Shown: positions 35,723 to 44,432 of the stretch, one piece after another | Numbering within the stretch: the stretch's first letter is position 1 | Layout: each line of letters begins with the position of its first letter | Source: a virus | Strand: one strand, 5' to 3' | DNA length: 64,000 nucleotides | IMG/VR virus record: IMGVR_UViG_3300035142_000037 | Span: 1 to 64,000 of that record | Program-made: the position numbers and the translations under genes | The notes under the pieces: generated by a model | Database searches by the model: none | The model's input: the letters and a program-made list of their open reading frames with translations, nothing else | Told to the model about the DNA's origin: nothing

Positions 35723-36175
35723 ATGAAGATAGTATTTTTCAATTGTAGTATTATGACAGGCGAAGGCATTTTTCTTAAGAGAAAAATTGCGCTGGAAGTT
35801 GTGAAAAAAATGATACAAAGTGCTGATGAGATAGAATCAGCAATCGGACATGAATCAACTGCTCAAATTCTTACAGAATTAACAGGTATTAATATTCCTG
35901 TCAACAGGGTGAAGTATGAGCAATCTTGCAATGAGATTGCTATTATATTTCAACTTCGTTCACGTCCGAACGAAGGGAAAATTCTTACCAGAGAAGAAAT
36001 AGAGGAAACTGGGTACGATTTTTTCTTAGTGAAAAAATTTAAATCAGTGAATGTAGGCGGAAATTATTTCGGCTTGAATGAGATAGATATTGATCGACCG
36101 GCATTAACACGAATTACAGGATTACCGGGCGGGATGCAATCATTTTTGAAAGGAGGTTGTAATGTGGAAGATTAA
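35723..36175 (+). CDS. DUF1874 (STIV B116-like) family protein
   Basis: 150 aa; ..SAIGHESTAQILTELTG..IPVNR..... motif typical of the family. Confidence 0.65.
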   Translation: MKIVFFNCSIMTGEGIFLKRKIALEVVKKMIQSADEIESAIGHESTAQILTELTGINIPVNRVKYEQSCNEIAIIFQLRSRPNEGKILTREEIEETGYDFFLVKKFKSVNVGGNYFGLNEIDIDRPALTRITGLPGGMQSFLKGGCNVED

Positions 36176-36512
36176 GGAGAAAGGACGAAACTTTATAATT
36201 GTCCCTCATTCTGAATGTACAACAATATACTCAGTAACCGGGAATTTCGTGTCTGCGGAAATCAAGGGAAAAACAAGATACAGCTCTTCGGATGGGTCCT
36301 GGGATGGGAAAACGGGTTGGTTTTTTGAAACGATTTTTGGCAAATGCTGTATTTGTAAGAAGACAAAAAAGTTTGATTTCCTTAGATACCTCGGGAATAA
36401 TTATTCTGATGATGAATGCATCTGTCCAGAATGCATCATCCGGATGGGTGATGATTTTTTGACAGCATATAATTCTATTAAGGAGGAAAAGTATGAAACC
36501 GATTATAATTGA
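36162..36512 (+). CDS. hypothetical Cys-rich protein
   Basis: 116 aa; CCICKK ... CICPEC. Confidence 0.5.
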   Translation: MWKIKEKGRNFIIVPHSECTTIYSVTGNFVSAEIKGKTRYSSSDGSWDGKTGWFFETIFGKCCICKKTKKFDFLRYLGNNYSDDECICPECIIRMGDDFLTAYNSIKEEKYETDYN

Positions 36513-37041
36513 AAATCTTAATCAGATCAAATCCGATACTTGCAGAGAACAGGTACAGGAACGCATTGCCAATTATGCACATGATATAATTGTGCGTGAT
36601 TCCTGTGGATATGTATCTGTGTTTTCTGACATGCCTGATGAAACTGGGCGGGGCCAGTGGGTTGCATCAGTATGCGATTACATACCTACCTGGAAAATAA
36701 GGCTGGCTTCTTTTTGTGAAAAGCTATTCCTTACAGGAGGTATAGAAATCCAACAAAAATTGACTCAAAATTCATGGTGCGAATGTCCATATGATGAATG
36801 GGATCCAGCGGTTGACACAGAATATTATTATCTCTGTGTATGGGTTGAAAAAACAGAAAGACGTTATCCATGCCCATTTTTTACGGGTTATGATGAAAAC
36901 TGGGAATGGTGGAAAATAATGCCTTTCATGATATTGCATCCTTTTTTATTTTTCAGGATAAGAAAGGAATGTAAAAAATATTATGAAAAAAGGGAAAAAT
37001 ATTTAATCAAAATCAATTATAATGGAAAAGGAGAAAAATAA
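36493..37041 (+). CDS. hypothetical protein
   Basis: 182 aa, AAGGAGGAA SD. Confidence 0.55.
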   Translation: MKPIIIENLNQIKSDTCREQVQERIANYAHDIIVRDSCGYVSVFSDMPDETGRGQWVASVCDYIPTWKIRLASFCEKLFLTGGIEIQQKLTQNSWCECPYDEWDPAVDTEYYYLCVWVEKTERRYPCPFFTGYDENWEWWKIMPFMILHPFLFFRIRKECKKYYEKREKYLIKINYNGKGEK

Positions 37042-37108
37042 CCAGCAAGGATGCAGGGGCGGGTTATCCCGTCCCTGCCGGGTCAGTACCGGCGGGTTGT
37101 AAAAAGCA

Positions 37109-37291
37109 ATGAAAAAAACACCAATTAAGGGGTGGGTAGTGCGGGACGATCTAAGTCTTGAATTTACAGGCCATTTTTGCCCGCATTGCATCCCCTTGCA
37201 AAAATTGATAGAACTAGAGTTTACCTTTACATGTCCTGTCTGTAACTGGACATGGGAGAAAGATATGAAACAAGGTGAACTTTTTACTTGA
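37109..37291 (+). CDS. Zn-ribbon-like small protein
   Basis: 60 aa; CPHC ... CPVC. Confidence 0.4.
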   Translation: MKKTPIKGWVVRDDLSLEFTGHFCPHCIPLQKLIELEFTFTCPVCNWTWEKDMKQGELFT

Positions 37292-37407
37292 CTTTTTTCC
37301 CTGGTTTTCGTATATTATCAATGGTCATGGGGATTAAGCCCATTTGGGTGTTACCGGGGATACCCCATGACCAATGGTCCTTGGTAACATCCGAACGGGC
37401 TTTTTTA
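37288..37407 (+). promoter_or_regulatory. promoter TTGACT-17-TATATT + leader L2 (interleaved helices, U-tract)
   Basis: Helix A 37323-37332/37363-37372 (10 bp); helix B 37336-37341/37397-37402 extended by 37346-37355/37383-37392; U6. Confidence 0.6.
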
Positions 37408-37444
37408 TTGGAGGTAAGTATGATTGAAAATGGGAGAGGAATCC

Positions 37445-37567
37445 ATGAAATGTCCAGAATGTGAAGGGAATGTTAAGAATTGCCCTTTAGCTCCTTATTG
37501 TGAATGTAAATACTGCCGAGAATCTGGAAAGGTTTCTTTTCAGAACATGATACAAATAATTGTTGAT
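37445..37567 (+). CDS. hypothetical Cys-rich micro-protein
   Basis: 40 aa; CPEC...C...C.C..C; GGGAGAGGA upstream. Confidence 0.3.
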
Positions 37568-37600
37568 ATGATAAGAAGATTTTTGAAAAGTATATAATAA

Positions 37601-37750
37601 CCCTGGTATTGATGGCGGGACTGTAGCCGGGATTGATCATCCGCTGACGGAAAGACCGTGAAAACGCATACCTATGCAGTCCAGGTCACGGAGGAAGAAA
37701 TTGACAGGAGCATGGAATTGATCATCCATGCCCCGCCATGAATACCAGGA
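37601..37750 (+). ncRNA. structured RNA closed by an 18-bp helix with two UUGAUCA-loop hairpins
   Basis: CCTGGTATTGATGGCGGG (37603-37620) pairs with CCCGCCATGAATACCAGG (37733-37750), one mismatch; internal hairpins GGA-TTGATCA-TCC and CATGGA-ATTGATCA-TCCATG. Confidence 0.5.
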
Positions 37751-37762
37751 CCGGAGGGCGAT

Positions 37763-37981
37763 ATGGATAAAACAGAAGAAAACCGTATATTAAATTCTAT
37801 AAATGGGGATATTCATGTGATTGGAAAAACATCTGGACAATATATATATTATAAAGCATTTGATAATGGAACTTATGAAATATATATACCACCTAAATGT
37901 ACAGTCGTAGCAAAAAATTTAGAATGGATGCAAGGATTTATTGCAGGAATGAAAGAAGTTTTCTTGCTTGAAAAGATATGA
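37763..37981 (+). CDS. hypothetical protein
   Basis: 72 aa, GGAGGG SD. Confidence 0.5.
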   Translation: MDKTEENRILNSINGDIHVIGKTSGQYIYYKAFDNGTYEIYIPPKCTVVAKNLEWMQGFIAGMKEVFLLEKI

Positions 37982-37985
37982 TATA

Positions 37986-38052
37986 GGGGAGCTAAGGATT
38001 GCTACGGAGTTATGCAAGCTCTGTGTGAGGGGTTCAATTCCCCTGCTCTCCA
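37986..38052 (+). ncRNA. tRNA-like element E2 / pseudo-tRNA (truncated D-arm)
   Basis: Acceptor GGGGAGC/GCTCTCC (one G-U), T-arm AGGGG-TTCAATT-CCCCT, anticodon-like arm GGAGT-TATGCAA-GCTCT lacking U33; 67 nt. Confidence 0.45.
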
Positions 38053-38196
38053 GTATACCGGGGACCGGAAGTGAAATAAGCAGTTTACGCTTATTAAGCG
38101 GGCAATATTGAGGCGGCAAGTCGACACCGATAAATATTGTCGGGAATTGCAATAGACAATTCCCCCCGGATATTTTGAAATAGAAAGGAGAATGGT

Positions 38197-39123
38197 ATGA
38201 TAAGGAAACCATCAGAACTGAAAGCAAAAAAACTTTTCAAAGGGCTTATTGCCGGGTTACCTGGCATAGGCAAGTCAACACTTGGCGTATCCGCCCCGGC
38301 CGCACTGCTTATAGATGCGGATGATGGATGGGATCGGATACCTGCCCAATTCAGGGTACCGGTAATTCAGCCACAAAGTTATGAGGAAATTTTACAGGAT
38401 TTGAAACCGGATAATTCAGAACTTAAGGATTTTGAAACTCTGGTTTTTGATACCGGGGGGTCCCTGCTTACTTACATGAAATCCTGGGCAATCAAAAAAG
38501 ATATGAAGAACGGACAAAAAGACGGAGTGACATTATCCATGAGAGGATATGGTACAATTGGGCGGGAATTTATGCGGTTAATGGATCACTGTATTTATGC
38601 TTTGCAGAAAAACATTATCGTTATTTTCCATGTGATTGAGAAGTCTGATAATGATGAAACGGTTTACAGGATTGATGCAGAGGGGCAGACAAAAAATAAC
38701 ATCTGGAAAATCATGGATTTTGGTGGGCTTATGTTGAGTTCCAATAACAAGCGGATAATTGGATTTTCTCCGACCGATAAATATTATGCAAAGGGAACCC
38801 ACGGATTGACCGGGACTCATGAGATACCCAATCCTATGAAAACCGGACAAAATACATTCCTTGCTGATCTTTTTATACAGCTTAATGATAATATTGAAAG
38901 CGAATCACAATATGCGGAAGACTATAAAATAGTCATGAATGAAATCCGTTCTAAAATTGCTGGAATAAAAGACATAAAGACAGCAGAAAAAGCATATGAA
39001 GAAATCAAGGACCTGGAGCATGTATTTTCATCCAAACAGGAAGCCAGTACTTTAATGAAAGAAAAACTTGCCAGTATAGGGATGACGTTTAGGAATGGCA
39101 AATTCACAAAGGTGAAAAAATGA
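38197..39123 (+). CDS. AAA_24 / Sak4-like RecA-type ATPase
   Basis: 308 aa; Walker A GLPGIGKST; Walker B-like LVFDT. Confidence 0.8.
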   Translation: MIRKPSELKAKKLFKGLIAGLPGIGKSTLGVSAPAALLIDADDGWDRIPAQFRVPVIQPQSYEEILQDLKPDNSELKDFETLVFDTGGSLLTYMKSWAIKKDMKNGQKDGVTLSMRGYGTIGREFMRLMDHCIYALQKNIIVIFHVIEKSDNDETVYRIDAEGQTKNNIWKIMDFGGLMLSSNNKRIIGFSPTDKYYAKGTHGLTGTHEIPNPMKTGQNTFLADLFIQLNDNIESESQYAEDYKIVMNEIRSKIAGIKDIKTAEKAYEEIKDLEHVFSSKQEASTLMKEKLASIGMTFRNGKFTKVKK

Positions 39124-39719
39124 AATATTTATTAACCTATTCACTCTTAAATTCTTTTTCCTGGTTGTATAAAATATACAGCCAGGGAAAGGATAATGAG
39201 TTTAAAAACGCTTTAAAACGGCTTCCTATTCCTGATAATGAATATATGAAGGCAGGTAGAGAATTTGAAAATGATGTAAAAAAATATTTATTTTATGATT
39301 TTAGATCAGATTCCGCATCTCCTGGATATATTGATAGTGTTATTACAATAGGAAATATTGTCGAAGGTGGTACATGGCAAGTAAAAGGCTATTGCGATTT
39401 GCAAATAGCCGGAATCAATTTCCTGCTTTACGGTATTGCCGATGTCCTTAAAGGTCCCATAATCTATGATATCAAATACGTGAAAAAATATGAATACGGA
39501 AAATATCAGGATTCAGAACAGCATAAAGTATATTTCCGGCTTTTTCCTGGAATGAGAGAGTTTATTTATCTCATTTCGGATGGAAATAATGTTTATAAAG
39601 AAAATTACCAAAGGGACCAAACGGTATTACTTAACTCTGAAATATCAGATTTTTGGTCATGGATGCTTGCAAACCCTGAATACATGAAATTATATACAGA
39701 GAATTGGGAGGCTTTATGA
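39120..39719 (+). CDS. PD-(D/E)XK family nuclease (Cas4/RecB-like)
   Basis: 199 aa; ..GIADVL...IYDIKY.. matches D...(D/E)xK; follows the Sak4-like ATPase. Confidence 0.55.
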   Translation: MKYLLTYSLLNSFSWLYKIYSQGKDNEFKNALKRLPIPDNEYMKAGREFENDVKKYLFYDFRSDSASPGYIDSVITIGNIVEGGTWQVKGYCDLQIAGINFLLYGIADVLKGPIIYDIKYVKKYEYGKYQDSEQHKVYFRLFPGMREFIYLISDGNNVYKENYQRDQTVLLNSEISDFWSWMLANPEYMKLYTENWEAL

Positions 39720-39973
39720 ACAGACAGGAAGCAGTGGAAAGAATATTAAATTTGACAAGGGGCGGGGAATTTGCAGTCAATCTTTTAAAAACAATTAGAA
39801 TTGCAGATTCAGTAAATTTAATTTTACTTTCAAGAGGATTTCCAAATGAAGTTGAAGCACATCTTGTATATACACAAGGAATAACTCTCGAACAGTTTAC
39901 CAATAATACTGAATTAAAGAATTCATTAAACGATACTGCTGAATACAATAGAAAATGGCACGAAGGCTATTAA
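39716..39973 (+). CDS. hypothetical protein
   Basis: 85 aa; ATG at 39716 with GGGAGG SD, overlaps upstream stop. Confidence 0.5.
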   Translation: MNRQEAVERILNLTRGGEFAVNLLKTIRIADSVNLILLSRGFPNEVEAHLVYTQGITLEQFTNNTELKNSLNDTAEYNRKWHEGY

Positions 39974-39999
39974 GTACTGGTAGGAAAGGAAAAGTGGAA

Positions 40000-40281
40000 A
40001 TGAATATATCCGGAAATGACATGAAACATATATGGTGGGATTGGTTCCTTGCAAACAAAAAATACTGGCACCATGGATTGACATATGCAAGATTGAATAG
40101 AGCGCAAACACACATATGGCTTGATACCGAGATATGGTATGACTTACTTAATAGGCATGGTATGATTGACAAGTTTCCCTGGAAAGCTGAAATAGAAGAC
40201 AAGGAAAATTATGATCATGCTATAGGTAATTTTGCCGGGAATATTTCGGCGAGAATATTAAGATTTTCAGGAGGGATGTAA
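40000..40281 (+). CDS. hypothetical Trp-rich protein
   Basis: ATG at 40000 after GGAAAGGAAAAG (alternative start 39955). Confidence 0.45.
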   Translation: MNISGNDMKHIWWDWFLANKKYWHHGLTYARLNRAQTHIWLDTEIWYDLLNRHGMIDKFPWKAEIEDKENYDHAIGNFAGNISARILRFSGGM

Positions 40282-40466
40282 TGTACGAAGTAACCGTAAA
40301 ACTTACCTGTGATGCACCTGGTTGTGATAACCAGGTAAAAGTAAAGGCATATAATCCCAGGTATCATGATGCTATTGCAGAAATTCAAGACAGCCTAAAA
40401 GAGAAAGGCATTATTCTTGGAGTTGCTTTGTGCGGGGAATGTATAAAGCAATCTAATGAAAGATGA
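40281..40466 (+). CDS. hypothetical small protein
   Basis: 61 aa, GGAGGG SD. Confidence 0.5.
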   Translation: MYEVTVKLTCDAPGCDNQVKVKAYNPRYHDAIAEIQDSLKEKGIILGVALCGECIKQSNER

Positions 40467-40974
40467 GGAGTTACCGGATATGATACAGGGCGATAAATTA
40501 TACAATCAACGCTGTCCTACCTGCGGACAAACAATAGCCCAGCCCAGGTCAATTGGGAAGCACTCGCAAAATAATATCACACACGGCGATTGTAACACGA
40601 TTGCAAAACAGCTTAATGAACGTAACAACCCAGAGCATCATATAACTGGTGTAATGGTATATGACATTTTAAAAAGGTTTGCCGTAAGAGAAGGATATCC
40701 GGCTATCAAATTCAATTTTAATGGGCTTATATTGCTTGAACCAATTTCGCAGGCAGATGCAAGCATGTCTGAAGTTAATATTTTTACCCGGGTAATTAAT
40801 CAATATGCAGATGATAATGATATGTGGCTTTGGCGATATCTGCCGGACGGCAAGACAAAATATAAAAGCATAGGTGGGAGGTCCCTGGAAGAAATGAGCC
40901 GGGATTATCCCGAACTTAACCGGGAATTTCGGCAATCGGAGGAAATGAGTCAAGAAGAATTGGAGATATTTTGA
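40456..40974 (+). CDS. hypothetical protein
   Basis: 172 aa; N-terminal CPTCGQ. Confidence 0.5.
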   Translation: MKDEELPDMIQGDKLYNQRCPTCGQTIAQPRSIGKHSQNNITHGDCNTIAKQLNERNNPEHHITGVMVYDILKRFAVREGYPAIKFNFNGLILLEPISQADASMSEVNIFTRVINQYADDNDMWLWRYLPDGKTKYKSIGGRSLEEMSRDYPELNREFRQSEEMSQEELEIF

Positions 40975-41165
40975 TGAAAGAAGCTGTTGAGGTTTGTAAA
41001 AATGCATTAAATGAAATACATCAACAAATTTGCGATGATAAATATTCTATTGCCGAGATATCAGAACGAAGTGATAGGATAATATATAATTTTCTCATCA
41101 CAATTGGATATGAAGAAATAGCAGAAGAATGGTATTTTTTAGGAGGATTAAGAAAATGGAAATAA
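40971..41165 (+). CDS. hypothetical protein
   Basis: 64 aa, ATGA overlap. Confidence 0.5.
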   Translation: MMKEAVEVCKNALNEIHQQICDDKYSIAEISERSDRIIYNFLITIGYEEIAEEWYFLGGLRKWK

Positions 41166-41180
41166 AGAGTATGGTCTGTT

Positions 41181-41351
41181 ATGATCTATAATAGAGGACT
41201 TAACAGAGGACTTTTCAAGCAATTATATGAATTTCTTGAAAATAATAAAGAAGGTATAAAAATACTTATAAAGATTGAAAATGATTATCAAAAAACAAAA
41301 GAAACTTTATATAAAATTGAAAGTATCATGAAAGATTATAAGGAGGAATAA
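41181..41351 (+). CDS. hypothetical small protein
   Basis: 56 aa, fills the gap between annotated ORFs; stop abuts the next ATG. Confidence 0.4.
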   Translation: MIYNRGLNRGLFKQLYEFLENNKEGIKILIKIENDYQKTKETLYKIESIMKDYKEE

Positions 41352-41552
41352 ATGAGCCCAGAACAAATGGAATCACAGGAATTGTGGAATACAATTCGCA
41401 ATTATCTTTGCCTATTAAATGCCAGTCCCTTTAATAAGCAGGCTATTGAATGCCTGGATGAAATGAATAAACGGGTTATGGCAGCCGATGCTAAAATAAA
41501 AGAGCTTAATGATTGTTTGCGTAAAAGCTTAACTTATCAACCGGGGTTATAA
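41352..41552 (+). CDS. hypothetical protein
   Basis: 66 aa, AAGGAGGAA SD. Confidence 0.5.
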   Translation: MSPEQMESQELWNTIRNYLCLLNASPFNKQAIECLDEMNKRVMAADAKIKELNDCLRKSLTYQPGL

Positions 41553-42298
41553 TGAAAGTAAAAAAACTTGAACTGATAGAAAAGCCCCTTGTCCGGATAC
41601 ATTATGATAACGGACAGGTGGAAATCAAGACGGCCCGACCCCTGCTTATGCAACCCTGGGGGGTCCTGGCAACCCTGGAAGGAAGGAAAACGCAGACACG
41701 CAGGATTATTGTACCACAGCCCATTCATAAGGGTAACGGGATAATAGAAGAACCCGGAACATTGAAGACCGCTTTAGACTGGATTGAATGGAAGAAAAAA
41801 AATTACGATGAAATAGAAGATATTATGCAATATTACCCGGGAGATTTGTTTTACATTCGTGAGCCTTATTTTGACTGGGGGTATTGGAGATATACTAAAT
41901 ATAAAAAAATATGGGAAGGGCAAAAAAAATACAGATATATAGAAGAAGAAAAATATTATCCCCCTAACCATAACGGAAAATGCATATGGAGAAAAAGGCC
42001 ATCACTCCACATGCCACGAGAAGCAGCCCGTGTATGGATAATCCTGGATAGAGTCCGGGTGGAACGGGTGCAGGATATCACGGAGGAAGATGCAATTAAT
42101 GAGGGTGCTCCTTGGGAAGCATATAATATTTCTGGTTATGATGTTTTTTCATGGTTTCAAGAAACATGGGATTCCATCAACGCCAACCGTAAAGATAAGG
42201 AAGGCCGGATCCTGCCGTATTCCTGGAAAGACAATCCTTTCGTGTGGCCCCTGGATTACCGGCTGTTTTTTCAAGGCAGAGGGGAGGTGGCAGCATGA
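41552..42298 (+). CDS. ASCH-like domain protein
   Basis: 248 aa; ..LEGRKTQTRR.. motif recalling ASCH-type phage proteins. Confidence 0.4.
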   Translation: MKVKKLELIEKPLVRIHYDNGQVEIKTARPLLMQPWGVLATLEGRKTQTRRIIVPQPIHKGNGIIEEPGTLKTALDWIEWKKKNYDEIEDIMQYYPGDLFYIREPYFDWGYWRYTKYKKIWEGQKKYRYIEEEKYYPPNHNGKCIWRKRPSLHMPREAARVWIILDRVRVERVQDITEEDAINEGAPWEAYNISGYDVFSWFQETWDSINANRKDKEGRILPYSWKDNPFVWPLDYRLFFQGRGEVAA

Positions 42299-42477
42299 AC
42301 GAATGGATAAATGCAAAAGATGTATTGCCTGGAGAAGATGAGTGGGTATTAGGTTTTTCTCCTAAATACCCTGTTGGAAATGATATGAGGTATAGGATTT
42401 TGCAAGGGCGATTCGTAAAATATGCCGATATAACGCACTGGCAATTTTTGCCGCCAGATCCGGAGGTGATAAAATGA
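42295..42477 (+). CDS. DUF551-like protein
   Basis: 60 aa; W....D.LP......VL........HWQ.LP pattern. Confidence 0.55.
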   Translation: MNEWINAKDVLPGEDEWVLGFSPKYPVGNDMRYRILQGRFVKYADITHWQFLPPDPEVIK

Positions 42478-42794
42478 AACGCACCCACATAAAACGAATC
42501 GGCAAGATAGGCCGGATTAACCAGAAAGCAAACAGACATCTTAAGGCTATCTATGCAGAGAAAGGCATCACCTGTTGTGAAGTGAACTTACCAGGGTGTC
42601 TACTTACCTGGGCGCTATCATGGCACCATCGTTACCCCCGGGAGGATTACTATGACCGGGACAGAAAAAAGCATATTGCTAATTTAGCAGATTTTCAGAC
42701 AACTTTGTTAGTATGTAGTAAGTGCCACCAAATATTACAGAAGAATTATAATAACATAAGTGAAGATTATTTTAAGGAGTTGAGAGATGCATGA
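42474..42794 (+). CDS. HNH/NinG-like Cys-His protein
   Basis: 106 aa; CCE..LPGC ...HH... CSKCH. Confidence 0.45.
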   Translation: MKRTHIKRIGKIGRINQKANRHLKAIYAEKGITCCEVNLPGCLLTWALSWHHRYPREDYYDRDRKKHIANLADFQTTLLVCSKCHQILQKNYNNISEDYFKELRDA

Positions 42795-42939
42795 TAAGTA
42801 TATAGAAAAATTAGGACAGGTGAGAGATATTATAGAGTGGTGTATGTGGAAAGAAATAGACACAGATCCAGAAATTCCTGAAAAGATTATAAATAATCTT
42901 GCTGAATTGTGGAGAAATTTAAAGGAGTATCTAAAATGA
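42787..42939 (+). CDS. hypothetical small protein
   Basis: 50 aa, overlaps upstream stop. Confidence 0.4.
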   Translation: MHDKYIEKLGQVRDIIEWCMWKEIDTDPEIPEKIINNLAELWRNLKEYLK

Positions 42940-43067
42940 AATCAGAGTATAAATGCCGCCATGTAAAAGGTGTGGAGTGCCGGGCTTATCCCCGGGATTG
43001 TGATCAGTGCCCTTTCTGGCAGGGCGTGGGAATTGTCCCAGTGATAGAAAAGAAGAGGGAGGAATAA
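42936..43067 (+). CDS. hypothetical small Cys protein
   Basis: 43 aa, AAAGGAG SD, ATGA overlap. Confidence 0.35.
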   Translation: MKSEYKCRHVKGVECRAYPRDCDQCPFWQGVGIVPVIEKKREE

Positions 43068-43231
43068 TGACAGTCGATCAATTGAAAGAATACCTGAAGG
43101 ATAAAAAAGGATATCGTAAGGTGTATATTCTATATGGAAGTAACCAGGTAGAATTAGAAATAACCCATTTAGCATTCGGGCTTGACCATCAGCAGGTAGA
43201 AAAATGGGAACATACCCTTGACTTAAAATAA
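43067..43231 (+). CDS. hypothetical small protein
   Basis: 54 aa, GGGAGGAA SD. Confidence 0.45.
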   Translation: MTVDQLKEYLKDKKGYRKVYILYGSNQVELEITHLAFGLDHQQVEKWEHTLDLK

Positions 43232-43249
43232 TCGAGAAGGGAGAGATTT

Positions 43250-43465
43250 ATGAAAATTTTTTATTGGGATGATTTTTTGCCGAACTGGAGCAGTGGAATA
43301 GCTGTAGTGATTGCTGAAAATTTAAAACATGCAAGAGAAATTTTATGGGAAGCATGTTGTGATGACGCAATGGATTATGATTATGTGAAAAAAGAGATTT
43401 ATAATAAAAAACCTATTGAATTCTCAATGCAAAAAAAAGCTTTTTATTGTCACGGTGGAAGTTAA
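43250..43465 (+). CDS. hypothetical protein
   Basis: 71 aa, AAGGGAGAG SD. Confidence 0.5.
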   Translation: MKIFYWDDFLPNWSSGIAVVIAENLKHAREILWEACCDDAMDYDYVKKEIYNKKPIEFSMQKKAFYCHGGS

Positions 43466-43473
43466 AAAAAGCC

Positions 43474-43583
43474 TTGACAATTCTTCCGGTATTTGCTATA
43501 CTGTGATTATCAGGGTGCAGACTGAATGAGCCGTATCACGGCTGGAGGGCTGCACCCCGAAGGCCATGAGACGGCTTTTTTTA
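43474..43583 (+). promoter_or_regulatory. promoter TTGACA-17-TATACT + leader L3 (interleaved helices, U-tract)
   Basis: Helix A 43513-43520/43550-43557; helix B 43529-43534/43571-43576 with competing local partner 43538-43543; U7. Confidence 0.5.
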
Positions 43584-43596
43584 TTAGGAGGTAATT

Positions 43597-43761
43597 ATGA
43601 AATGTAATAGATGTAATTTTGAAGGGACTCCAAATGAATTTGAAGCATCTTTTTCTGTATATCATGATGTAAAATGTCCTAAATGTGGAACAACAAATAT
43701 AGATACATCTGATATACGTAATTATGATTATGGGGAAAATAATTTTTCACAGATTGATTAA
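43597..43761 (+). CDS. Zn-ribbon small protein
   Basis: 54 aa; CNRC ... CPKC; AGGAGG SD right after leader U-tract. Confidence 0.45.
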   Translation: MKCNRCNFEGTPNEFEASFSVYHDVKCPKCGTTNIDTSDIRNYDYGENNFSQID

Positions 43762-43775
43762 TAAGGGAGGTAATC

Positions 43776-43940
43776 ATGAAAGTATGTAATTATACAGACT
43801 GTTGTGATTATTCAGAAGATACAAAAAATCACTGTTTTAGTTTGATAGACATAAAAAAATGCGATCAGCATAAAACTAATCCGATTGTATGGTTAAAAAA
43901 ACTATGGTTTAAGATTAAAATATTTCTTGAATGTTTATAG
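43776..43940 (+). CDS. hypothetical Cys-rich small protein
   Basis: 54 aa, GGGAGG SD. Confidence 0.45.
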   Translation: MKVCNYTDCCDYSEDTKNHCFSLIDIKKCDQHKTNPIVWLKKLWFKIKIFLECL

Positions 43941-43950
43941 GGAGGTAATC

Positions 43951-44097
43951 ATGAATATAAGGGAAAAACCGCTTAAGCTTAGATGGTATACGGTAGGAAA
44001 AAATACCATACAGGCTGGGAGTCCTGGAGAAGCCAGACGGATAATCCAGGATATGGAGCGGTATAGAAATAAGACAGGTACGCAACCGTGTCGGTGA
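43951..44097 (+). CDS. hypothetical small protein
   Basis: 48 aa, GGGAGG SD. Confidence 0.45.
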   Translation: MNIREKPLKLRWYTVGKNTIQAGSPGEARRIIQDMERYRNKTGTQPCR

Positions 44098-44185
44098 CCG
44101 GGTGCCTGACAATATTTTTGTTACTTTATGTTTTTAGTAGTAGTATTTATTGAGAAGGCGTCCCGCTAAAGAGGCCGGGACGCTG

Positions 44186-44258
44186 CGGGGTGTCGCCAAG
44201 GTGGTAAGGCTAAGGGTTACATACCTGACATGCAGGGGTTCAATTCCCCTTGCCCCGA
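44186..44258 (+). ncRNA. tRNA-like element E3 / pseudo-tRNA (Gln-type D-arm, defective anticodon stem)
   Basis: Acceptor CGGGGTG/TGCCCCG, D-arm GCC-AAGGTGGTAA-GGC, T-arm identical to E2, anticodon stem only 3 bp. Confidence 0.45.
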
Positions 44259-44432
44259 CGCTCAACAGCCGGGATATAAGTAAGGATCTTGCCTATAAGC
44301 AAGATCACCTGCTGAACCAGGCGAGACAGGAATGCCGGCTTAATGAATCTTGGGAAATATTGCCGAGAGGCAATCGTGAGGCAAGCACTAGCCGTCCAAA
44401 CTGATCATGCGACGTAAAACTTGCCAGATCGT

